A stretch of 64,000 bases of DNA, taken from Octopus bimaculoides (Eukaryota). Below, piece after piece: positions 11,348 through 22,575 of this stretch. Every line of letters starts with the position of its first letter. Within the stretch, counting starts at the first letter, position 1. The notes below the pieces were generated by a model, which did no database searches, had not been told where the DNA came from, and saw nothing but the letters and a program-made list of their open reading frames with translations. The position numbers and the translations under genes are program-made. Where the stretch lies: NCBI RefSeq assembly GCF_001194135.2, contig NC_068997.1, positions 38,613,229 to 38,677,228 of the forward strand. Reading direction: 5' to 3'.

Positions 11348-11821
11348 CTGTCATGAAAATAAGTCCAGCCACAGGAAAATATTACATTGCCTGGAAACCA
11401 GTGTGGATTGGCAACAAGAATGGCCTCTGGACATAACAAATTCTATCTGACCCTGTACTGACACTTCAGTACATATCATACTGTATAGAGAAATGTGTTA
11501 TCAGGCATTGTGCAAACAGTTAAAGTGAGTTATGGAGTAAAGATTTTATGAGTTCAAAGCTTGTTATTGCCTTAGTTAGACATTATTTCTAGCCTGGAAG
11601 CATTATATCTCAAGTAGTCAGTGTTAAGAAAAAGTAGCCTTAAAATGTAAAAATGCTATGAAAGAATAACTTTACTTAATTGAAATTATCTACTTCTGCA
11701 TCAGCCTTTGTTGAAACTAATACAACTTATCAAGCTATATATTCTTATTTACTTCTTGCCAATTTTTTTAATCTTCAAAACCTATCTCTTAAATTCATCT
11801 AACACAATGGTCATAGGATAC

Positions 11822-11898
11822 CTTTAGTCTTCTATTTTGCAAGTATTTGAGCCAAGATTCTGATGAGAGGATAACTTTCTCTCTCAGTTCCAGTGACC
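11822..11898 (-). CDS. Candidate upstream exon of the minus-strand gene (xSLELREKVILSSESWLKYLQNRRLK)
   Basis: ctcattttag acceptor, aag|gtatcc donor, one open frame; its connection to the other exons is unresolved. Confidence 0.3.
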
Positions 11899-12479
11899 CT
11901 AAAATGAGCAATTGAAGCTCCTTTAAACCTTACCAAAAAAAAACAAAAAACAAAAACTTTAAAACTAAATATTATTGGGCTCTAATGTTTTACTTATATA
12001 TATATATATATAAATATGTACACATTAAAATGCTAACTCTACTCATGTTATCACATTAGTTAGTAACAATTAAAAAAAATGTGAGTTTTTAAAAATTTAT
12101 TCTTATATAACAGCTATGAAAATCAGAGCTTCCTCTGCTAAGAGAGTTGACATATGACACAAAATTGGTAGGTCACATCCTATCTTTGGTGCAAAGGCTT
12201 TGTTTTGTTTCTGTGGATTGATAATGGATTGTTACTTCTGCTTGTGTTGCTGCAAATTTTGTAGTGGAAAATTTTGGCCACAAACGGATCAAGAAGACAT
12301 GGATTATTCATTCCTACATGAGGAAATAAGTAGCAATTCTTCAGAGGCTACCCCAGTCATCTCACAGCCAACTACTTCAGGACACCCTGCAGAAGGACAG
12401 GGAGTTGAAGATGCTACCTGAAATGTGACAGAAACAACAATTTTAAGACACCAGACTATGGTGCTGATGGTGCAATTCC

Positions 12480-13200
12480 TTTACTGGAATCCTAAATTGT
12501 CATTGCCTAACCTGCATGTCTTATCAAGCATGGTCACCACTATATAATTGATGATTGTTCAGGAAGCCTGCATTGTTAATCTTAAATCTTCCAAGTGGCA
12601 CATCTATTCTTCTGAAATATATTTTCCAACTTTTGTTATTTTTGGTAATTTACTAAGCTTTCATAAATGGTACATTATTGTTTTGAATGAATATATCTTT
12701 TCACTTGAACAGGTATCTCTTTTACAAGAAGATAGTTTTCACATTCATCACTGGTGTATTATTTGGATGGGTGGCAGTACAGCATATTAATTATAACAAT
12801 CCTTTGTCTTCTTGTTTTTGAGGCCCAGTTCTTTCCATGCCTTGCTCAGTCTTACTTTGCTACAGGTGCTTAACTCACTTCTACTGTCAGTGTATGCTAT
12901 TCTTCAAACCAACATTCATCAAATATTTACATCCAGTATTGTTATATTCCTTATGCCTTAACTGATCAGACACCTTCTTGGTTAAGTTGTACTTCACCTT
13001 TCATGCAAGTCAACAAGAGTCATACAACAAATCATGCTCAAAACCTTTCTCTCCAACATCTGCAGGATATTTCCATTCAATGATTGTGCACTAGCATGCA
13101 CTATCACGTTACTTAACCATGTTTCTTACACTGCTCTTGCTAAAGGGAGATAAACACTCTTTGACCAATATGGGTAGTTCTTGCTTACACCATTTCTCAC
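12480..13200 (-). mobile_element. Highly degenerate Ty3/Gypsy integrase remnant
   Basis: Minus-strand pieces RNMVK*RDSAC, WKYPADV, MTLVDLHER*S resemble the integrase zinc-finger and WxYPxxPW...LVDAHSKW motifs. Confidence 0.4.
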
Positions 13201-13419
13201 ACTATATATATAATGCTCTCACTTCAGCATTAATTAGTGCATTATGTTTAAGTAGTTCAAGGACAATTTCATAACTGCTACTAATACTACTGATATCTAT
13301 TTATATATACCTAACTTCCAAAGTTTTTTGAGTGCTCATTTTTTTCTTGTTTTTGTATTTAGTACACAATACTAAGGACATAATTACTCATTTCCATTAC
13401 ATAAAAAGCAAGACTACAA

Positions 13420-13720
13420 CTGGCACTCAGTCAGTTATGACAATGAGTGTTCCAATTGATTCAGTCGACAGAACAGTCTGCTCATGAAATTAACACACAA
13501 ATGGCTGAGCACTCCACAGACATGCATACCTTTAACATAGTTCCCAAGGAGATTCAGCATGACACAGAATGTGACAAGGCTTTGAATTACAGGTACAACT
13601 CATTTTTGCCAGCTGAGTGGACTGGAGCAATAAAGTGTCTTGCTCAAGGACACAATGCACTGCCAGGAATTGAACTCACAACTGTGAACCGAATACCCTA
13701 ACCACTAAGACATGTGCTTT
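13420..13720 (-). mobile_element. tRNA-headed SINE (gtgtcttgctcaaggacac family)
   Basis: B-box-like head on the minus strand; a related head occurs at ~52280-52378. Confidence 0.6.
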
Positions 13721-14519
13721 CACTAGAGCAAAACAACATCCCTGATGGCCCAAAAATTTTGTGTTTGTTGTTACAAATTGATACTTTGGTTTTTGCCATC
13801 TTAGCGTTTTTAGCTAATCTCCCAGAATTGGAAATTTGTTTGTAATGAGAACTGGATCATTGACATGAAAAGTTCACAGAATCCTCCCATTTTGATAACC
13901 AGTATTTATTGCTATATCAAATATAATGAAGAAAAAAAACCTATGATACTGCAGACAAAACATACTTGAAAACCCATTTATGCACTCTATTCAACAATGA
14001 ACTTGTTACAAAGTGGAAAGTTGTTTAAAGTCACTACATAGATAAAAAGGTTAATAGTGATTTCAAAGTTTCAGCCTTTTTTACCTCCTTCATCAGAGAG
14101 TTTGCAAGCTGAAGCTTCAAAGTCATTGCCGACCTTTTTCTTGTAAATGTTAATAAATATGAGGTGCAGTTCATTTTGTACAAGAAAACTTCTAATGCCA
14201 TTTGTCTAGTGAGACAACTAAAAGTAAGCTGCTGTACCTAGCATTACCATTTGTCAAACAAGAGAAAGTCAATTAACAGAGAGCATCACCTGGTGAGCTG
14301 ATGGTCACTGAGGGAGCTAGAAGTAAACATATAGCTTATGGGAGGACAGTGGTCCTGCAAGGTGAAATTTAGTAATGAGAGTAGTGACAAATTTAGTGTA
14401 TGTATGTGTGCATCATGATTTGTTTAACATCTACTTTTTCATGTTTGCATGGGTTGGTTGGGATTTGGTCAATGTAAATTTTCTATGGCAGAATGTCTTT
14501 CATGTTGCCAACCCACAGT

Positions 14520-15670
14520 TACTTCAAGGTAACATAATGTAGGGTACCAGTAGGGGTTCACCAAGGATCGGTGCTCAGCCCCTCTTGTTCATCATAGTCT
14601 AGTCCTCCAGACAAAAACAGAGGAATTCAAGATAGGCTGCCCCTGGGAGCTCCTCTATGCTGATTATATGCTCTTATAGCTGAATCATTACCTGAACTAG
14701 AGAAGAAGTTTCAGGTATGGAAGCAAAGTCTAGAATCAAAGGGCCTTAGAGTTAACCTAGCAAAAACCAAAGTCTTAGTAAGTAGGGAGGCAGACAAATC
14801 ATAAATCCCTTCAGGTAGATGGCCCTACTTAATCTGTAGAAAAGGTATAGGTAGAAACTCCATAAGATGCACTCAGTGTAGGCTTTGGACACATAAAAGA
14901 TGCAACAACATCAGAGGAAGGTTAACAGGGAAACTAACTTTTGTGTGTGTGGAAGATGCACAGGTACAATAACCACTGAAAATGCGCAGAAAATAGACTC
15001 CATCAACTGCCGGGGCTGGGAGACAAGTAGTAGATAGCTTCTGTTATGTAGGTGACCAAGTTAGTAGTGGAGGGGGATACTCCGAGAGCGTAGCTGTGAG
15101 AATAAGATGAGGCTGGGCAAAGTTCAGAGAGCTCCTACCCTTGCTGGTAACAAAGGGCCTCTCTCTCAGAGTGAAAGGCAAATTGTTTGATGCCTGTGTG
15201 TGAACAGCCATGCTGCATGGCATTGAAACATTGGCAATGACAGCTAAGGACATGCGTAGGCTTGAAAGAAATGAAGCCAGTATGCTTTGCTGGATGTGCA
15301 ATGTCAGTGTGCATGTTCAACAGAGTGTAAGCATCTGGAGAGAAAAGTTAGGCCTAAGAAGCATCAGATGTGGTGTGCAAGAGAGACAACTGCACTGGTA
15401 TGGTTATGTGATGCATATGGACGAGGACAACTGTGTAAAGAAGTGCCGATCTCTAATTGAAGAGGGAACCTGTGGCAGAGGTAGACCCAGGAAGACATAG
15501 GACGAGGTGGTGAAGCACGATCTTCGAACTTTGAGCCTCACAGAGGCAATGACTGGTGACCAAGACCTTTGGTGATGTGCTGTGCTTGAGAGGACCCATC
15601 AAGCCAAGTAGACCTGTGCTGGTGGCATGTAAAGAACATCTTTTGAACATTGGGCCTCATGGAGGCAAAG
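14520..15670 (+). mobile_element. RTE-clade LINE, RT-to-C-terminus fragment with stops and frameshifts
   Basis: GVHQGSVLSP, ELLYAD, KGLRVNLAKTKV, MLHG.ET...RRLERNEASML, GRGRPRKT. Confidence 0.92.
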
Positions 15671-18635
15671 NNNNNNNNNNNNNNNNNNNNNNNNNNNNNN
15701 NNNNNNNNNNNNNNNNNNNNNNNNNNNNNNNNNNNNNNNNNNNNNNNNNNNNNNNNNNNNNNNNNNNNNNNNNNNNNNNNNNNNNNNNNNNNNNNNNNNN
15801 NNNNNNNNNNNNNNNNNNNNNNNNNNNNNNNNNNNNNNNNNNNNNNNNNNNNNNNNNNNNNNNNNNNNNNNNNNNNNNNNNNNNNNNNNNNNNNNNNNNN
15901 NNNNNNNNNNNNNNNNNNNNNNNNNNNNNNNNNNNNNNNNNNNNNNNNNNNNNNNNNNNNNNNNNNNNNNNNNNNNNNNNNNNNNNNNNNNNNNNNNNNN
16001 NNNNNNNNNNNNNNNNNNNNNNNNNNNNNNNNNNNNNNNNNNNNNNNNNNNNNNNNNNNNNNNNNNNNNNNNNNNNNNNNNNNNNNNNNNNNNNNNNNNN
16101 NNNNNNNNNNNNNNNNNNNNNNNNNNNNNNNNNNNNNNNNNNNNNNNNNNNNNNNNNNNNNNNNNNNNNNNNNNNNNNNNNNNNNNNNNNNNNNNNNNNN
16201 NNNNNNNNNNNNNNNNNNNNNNNNNNNNNNNNNNNNNNNNNNNNNNNNNNNNNNNNNNNNNNNNNNNNNNNNNNNNNNNNNNNNNNNNNNNNNNNNNNNN
16301 NNNNNNNNNNNNNNNNNNNNNNNNNNNNNNNNNNNNNNNNNNNNNNNNNNNNNNNNNNNNNNNNNNNNNNNNNNNNNNNNNNNNNNNNNNNNNNNNNNNN
16401 NNNNNNNNNNNNNNNNNNNNNNNNNNNNNNNNNNNNNNNNNNNNNNNNNNNNNNNNNNNNNNNNNNNNNNNNNNNNNNNNNNNNNNNNNNNNNNNNNNNN
16501 NNNNNNNNNNNNNNNNNNNNNNATATATATATATATATATATATATATATACGCGCGCGCGCTGGGTTTGAATATAAAGCGTAAATTGATTTTTGTGATT
16601 TATTTCACAACACTAGTATTTCCGTGTGCTCAATTCACAGACGGAAGTTTATTAACTGTTTATAATCCTAAACGATGAACGTAATATTTTGAAATATAAA
16701 TAAAAGTTCCAGCTTTTATTTATTCACATGAAATTACTTTCCTAACTTCAACCAGTGATATAATAATTAGTATTAATAGCCTCGCATAAAATTACACCAA
16801 GTTTTTCATAAATAAACTTTGAGTGCAGAAGAGGTGGTACCTAAAAGCTAAGATCGACTAATTGAAAGTAACATTATTGTCTAAGCTCTCATCCTTTTAA
16901 ATTAGATGAAACGTCATCACTTGCACCAACTTATTTCCTTTTACAAACAGACAAATAAAATCGCAACGGCTTCTCAAATCTGCTTAAGGTAAAGGTGCAT
17001 GGAAATATCTGTTTACGGTTTGATTAGATAGATGTTAATTGAAGTGAATTTGGTGTGAAAATTCGACGTCATAACACTTTTGTTGTGGTCAGCGTATGGA
17101 AATCGACGGAGAAAGTTAAGAGACTTAGTGACACTGAAATGACAATATTTTCTTCACCAGTCACAAAACCAAGTATCACTACTGTCCATTACAAGTACTT
17201 ATTTAACCAACTCATGATTCAAATGAGAACTGAAACTCTCCACTCAAAATAATTTTGCCGCAACAATGACCATAGAGCATTTGAAACAAAGAAATAACAT
17301 TACGGGTGACCCTAATCATTATGACAACTAGATAGGTATTCAAGAACATCAGGAGGTTAATACAAACAGCTAAAGGAAGAGAGTGGAATGGTTCAGAGTT
17401 TGTGAGTATCCGATAGATATTCCTCTAACAATAACAAAAGGTTTTGAGAGAGATGAAATTAGATATGTTTTAAACCAGTGATATACGATCTTGCTTTGCA
17501 ACTTGAAACAAAATATAGTAATAAAGGAGGCACAAGGTATCGAAAAACAGTCTTTGTTGGTCAAAAATAAACAGACTAATTCCCATCTGTCTTAGTATAC
17601 TAATTGGATAAACCGAGTTGATAACTTTACAGTAATACTAAATATTTAAGCAGCAACATCTGGTTTAAAATTTAACAATAGATATAGAAACCTCTAAAAT
17701 GATATAATCATTGATAAGTTAACTTTATACGAAGACAGAAGATTAAGAAACTTACCAAGAGTAGTGACATGCCGATATGCTGTGTTATCTTCGTACATGA
17801 TATCAGGAATCAATTTTTATCAATAAAACCCCTAAAACTACCGAAACATTTAATGTTACCTGCTTCAGAGGAGTCAAGTAGGAGTTATCTATCCTTGACT
17901 ACTTCACAGAATAGAAGAATTAAAGTTTATTGTTCGGTTATTGTGGTCTGTAATTCGATTACTTGTTGAATGTTAAGAGTATAAATCATTTTTTGGGGTC
18001 CTCGTAGTTGGTACTGTTAGATGCATCACAGCTAATGGAAGAGATTTTATTCAAGAATTGATAGAAGTATTTCTGCCTCATACTTTTCAAATGACAAAGT
18101 ATAGGTTCTGCATTCGCAGCTTGCTAAAATAGTTTGCCATATCAGTAACAAAGTTGTAAAATTACTCTAGCTGTACTGTATTAAGTTACAGAATTTAAAA
18201 ATTTTTATTTTTATTATTGATTCAACGTTAGAGGCTATGAGATTAGGCCTGAACAAATCTAGCATTTTACTAAAGACATTGGCGACTAGGTCAAGTGACG
18301 AGCTTCCCTGGAAGCTTAAGCTGCGAAATATCTTGAAGCTAATTTAGATCATATACGTTTCATACATCCTCTTCCTAGCGTTAATAGTCAAAGCACCCGA
18401 CAAATTCGGATGCAGTTTCAAGCCACGCTTAAATACCAGTTCACTTGAAAGACGGCTGCTAAAACGTAAGAGAAAGAGTGTTATACAATCTTATTCTTTT
18501 ATAAATAATCATATCCTTTTGTAAGAAATATTTTAGATTTGATAGGAAACTTTTATTCCTGGTTGAAAGTGATTTGCTTCAATTACGCGCTGCTAATACC
18601 ATTACAAAAAGCATGAATAGAGTTCTAAGCTTTCG

Positions 18636-18905
18636 GTCAGGGCGAGATCCACAACTTCTGCGGCCGAGCGGAACAAAATCCTGAAATACCGCGATCTGTC
18701 GGCCAACTACATTTTCAATCCTGTGGCGTTCGAGACGTTGGTGGGGTCGGACCACTTACTGCGAGATTCCTGTCTTTACTGGAAAATCACCTTGCAGAGG
18801 TAACTGGTGAGGCTCGTGAGGGCGCTTGGCTTTTTCCGGCGCATCGTCCTCGCCATCACTCGCGACAACGCTGCAAGCGTGCTGGCGTGTCTTAATATCC
18901 ATTAG
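18636..18905 (+). mobile_element. C-terminal restriction-like endonuclease region of a CRE-clade non-LTR retrotransposon (2 frameshifts)
   Basis: AAERNKILKYRDLSANYIFNPVAFETL / GVGPLTARFL...VTGEAREGAWLF / RRIVLAITRDNAASVLACL*. Confidence 0.8.
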
Positions 18906-19429
18906 AAAAGTTTCCCAGCGCCCCCAACTTTTCAACCTAAGGTGGTGAATTGTTTTTTTTTTTGCTTCTTTTTCCTTCTTTCTTTTTAATTTTTTCAATT
19001 GTGTTCTCTGTTTTGTCCAGTTTTCTAGTTTGGTTTTGTAAAACGGTAAACTTCCTTGTTATAGTGTACCTTCTTATTGTGTGCGAGACAACGTTCAGTT
19101 GGATAATATTTCTGAGTCGCACAACCTAGAGTGTAAGTTTCTATACCCCGTTTGGGTTTTTTGTGGGGTATTTTTTTAGTATCGCATTGGTAAAGGCGAA
19201 ATCGTAAACCAAATAACCTTCGTTCACCTAAACAATTGAGAAGCGTGCACGTATGTATGATCAAGTACAAATATGTGTTGGAGTGGCTTCAGCTTTTCAT
19301 AAAAGAATGTGGCGAACGCTGTAGAACAAGTAAAACTCAAAGTTCGATGCCGTTTAAATTCTCAGTTCAATTCTGTTTGAATTTGCACTGGTGTCCTTGT
19401 TTCCTACAAATGTCTGGCCCCTGATTGTG

Positions 19430-19860
19430 AGAGCGTTAGTACAAACATGTTGATCAACATGTAGAAGTATACGCACGGCCTGTACCAGACCAACCGCCCC
19501 CAATTCAACTACTTCCAAGGCAGAAATACGAGAGGACACAGCCTGAAATTGGGAAGATCACACTGCAGGCCGAACATTAGAAGCTGCTTTTTCGTACAGG
19601 GTGTGACTGCCACCTGGAACAGTCTGCCGAACAGCGTGGTCGCAGCTCCATCAGTCAATGCCTTCAAGAACAGGCTTGACGCACACTGGAGGGAGCTTCG
19701 GGCAAAATTTGACCCTGTCTGTTACTATTAGCTACAACTGTCGAAGTGTTGTACCACACATGACAAATTAATTGTACTAGTGGAAAAGGACCTACGAACA
19801 AGCTCCTGGGAGCTTCAACACGGAGACCATCCAGTATCCAGTAAATTATTTTAATTGTCA
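19430..19860 (+). mobile_element. CR1 LINE 3' end
   Basis: TRGHSLKL...FFVQGVTATWNSLPNSVVAAPSVNAFKNRLDAHW (ORF 19549..19731); ccagtat repeat tail. Confidence 0.9.
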
Positions 19861-20058
19861 ACTTGTCTGAATTTGATAGCCTGGGCAGAGTGGAGTTTCA
19901 ACTTATGAGTTTATTTTTGTGTGCAAGAATAGACATTTCGACATAAACATATTGTGACAGATTTCTGCTGGGTGTTCATAAATTATTTTTACGGCTTCTG
20001 CAATGCATCGTCTAAATCTGTTGCGTACAACCGATGGAACCCACGATAAAGTGTTCTG

Positions 20059-20261
20059 GGTACTACTAAAGCAGCACGGTCCCGAATGCGCAGTCGCGCG
20101 TCCGCACTAGCTAGTCGTGAGTGGTCGATCCTAACCCTATCCCTATCCCTAACCCTAACCCTATCTCGCGTGTGCAAATGAATACGTGTTTAGGGTTAGG
20201 GTTAGGATCGACCACTCACGACTAGCTAGCGCGGACGGGACCGTGCTGCTTTAGTAGTACC
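20059..20261. mobile_element. Merlin-like MITE with internal telomeric repeats
   Basis: TIR ggtactactaaagcagcacggtcccg; 8-bp TSD gtgttctg (20051-20058 / 20262-20269); internal CCCTAA and TTAGGG runs. Confidence 0.9.
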
Positions 20262-20984
20262 GTGTTCTGATGTTTCTGATAAAACTTTGTCAATAAACTC
20301 TTATAAATTATCTTTATTTTTCTCTTTTTTGAATTCTTCAAATTGTAAAGGTATAGATCCTCTATTTAATATTCTGGAATATCGAGTGTGACGTTTTGCA
20401 CACGTTCTAATTCATAGTTTTAAATATAGACACGTACCCCGTGATTTCTGAAGAGTTGAACGTAAGTTTTGATGCACAACTCGTATTTCATTGTACTTGA
20501 CATGTTTCCTACTGTGTAAAGAAATCGTTTGTTGAGAAACTACCTCTCATCCTGTCAGAAATAGCATATTGGTTTTAAAGAATATTTAACAAATATTTGG
20601 AAACAGACCGGTAGCAATGGATATGAAAGATAAGAAAGTTGATGAGGTAAATAAATTATTTATTGTTTTTATTAAATCAATCTTCGATAAACAAGGTACT
20701 GGAGGAAATGTCTTTGATTTTAGGTCTACTCGATCAAAATTGATTTGACTCTTGACGAGGTGTCTTCTAGGGAAACCCATCCAATAACTCCCGTTCTCAG
20801 ATTTTTAGCGATTGATATGCAAGTAATGACTTTTGATAGCCATTATTGAACAGGTCTTTTTATAGCTCGTTGCATTCATAAATCTGTATTCCCCAAAATG
20901 AATTGATCCGGACAAGTGTAGCTTACTCCGTTGTCAAAGGGAGTTTCCCAGTTTATTTTTAGTCTATTGTCGAAAGCGAGGCTC

Positions 20985-21046
20985 CCCGGGGGTGACGTGG
21001 CTTTACGTCATAGAATCCATTTTGGCAATTCGGAGTTGTGGTAAAC
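20985..21046 (+). promoter_or_regulatory. Candidate PRRC1 promoter and non-coding first exon
   Basis: GC-rich patch with TGACGTGG (20993) and TTACGTCA (21003) CRE/ATF-like sites, a YY1-like CCATTTTGG (21017) and a donor-like gtg|gtaaac at 21041. The ATG exon has an acceptor, so an upstream 5'UTR exon must exist. Confidence 0.4.
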
Positions 21047-22575
21047 ATTATATTTTTCACGTCTGTCATCTGCTGTCATTTATATTTGCTAATAACCTGA
21101 ACCTTGTTCGTCTTTGTAATTATGTGTAGCTATGTATGTAATAATGCATAATGTATTTGTCTGTCAGTGTATATATGTGTATATATATATACATGTTGAT
21201 GCATGTTCTCGCGTTGTCACTGTTTTATCATTGCACATTCCTGTATTTCTGTTTATTGTGTCTTTACTAAATTTGGTTTAGTTCGATGAACTCGATCACA
21301 TTTACTTCCATTCGATACGAGCCCCTCTATTGTGCTTAAAAGTAATATATAATTTAGAAAGCAAGCGTCTGCCTAGTCTCTTATGTTTCTGCAGAAAAAA
21401 CTATTAGGATGTCTGTCAAAGGCAATCTTTTTATTTCAGTTACTTTTGAACTTGACGATATGACTATTTTTGACGGTGTTTCTAAATTGCTGTAGATGCT
21501 TACATTATTATAAATGTGTGCGTGGCACAACACGTTAATAACTTCACACAAGTGTTGTCTTGAACTGTAGAACGTACAACTATTTCTTTAGTTCAGATCT
21601 CAGTAGCTGTCTCAGATTGATTTTTGTTGCTTATGTGGCAGTCACTGAAAACCTGTCGCACTTAAACTCTTTCGAAAACTAAAAGTTTTCTGTGGAAGTA
21701 ATTGATATATGTGTGTGCGTGTGTCGGTATTTATTATTATCATTACTTGGTGATAGTTACTGTTATCTTTAAGGCAAGAAAAAATTATAAATGGAATTTT
21801 GAGTGTGAATTAAAACATTTTGCTAACGATTAGAATTCTTTGAAAAGTGCTAAGTCAAACGTTTCGAGTTTAGTCATCATCATAACGAGGAGAATGTAAC
21901 TGTATCTATAATTTGAGAACAACGATCCCTCATATACAAAATTCATTAATTTGGATAAGTGCGCGTGTCATGGAGTAAGATGCAAAACATTGGAACCAGT
22001 TTACTTTGATGTACTTTCACCTGACATTTCCTGAATATAGTATAAATATTATGCAGGGTTATTTAAATACATTGAAACCCTAATGTTATTTAAATTGAAT
22101 GGTCTCGGGTATACGAGTGTTATGAAATTATAGGACAACTTTAATAAAATTTTATCATGTAGAAATGTTATTGTAAAAGTTTGAAGCCCCAAACCAGGTG
22201 AAAAGATGTAACAATGTAACACTCATCCTTTAATTATTAGAATATGCCATCCCATTTTGAAATTTTAATCTGACTGTAGTCCAAGTGGAAACTCTTGAAG
22301 TGACTACAAGAGAAAGTATCAGAAATTGTTTTACTTGACTTCACAGATTACAAGCAGCATTTCCGCTATGATATTCGATTGGACTAATCAATACAAATAT
22401 TCTGAAAAGTACACCATGTTACAATGTTTGTGACTACATACCCTCAATAAAAAGTTATAAGGCTTTCAGATTTGAGTTTAAGGGTAAAATTTGCTCAGTG
22501 TGCTCAATTGTATTGTACATAAAAGAGATGTTGAAAATGAACTTCATAATCTTAAAATAATGCTCATTTTGTTCT

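Noticed and set aside
12200-12421. ORF with Cys-rich start and acidic middle (73 aa)
   Set aside because: No splice context and no recognisable domain; it lies at the tail of the antisense Gypsy integrase remnant.
13760-14230. Minus-strand frames vaguely resembling a piggyBac transposase C-terminus
   Set aside because: No diagnostic motif could be recovered with confidence.
20131-20205. TTAGGG/CCCTAA runs as a true telomere or a fusion site
   Set aside because: They are enclosed by TIRs and a perfect 8-bp TSD, so they were carried by a transposon.
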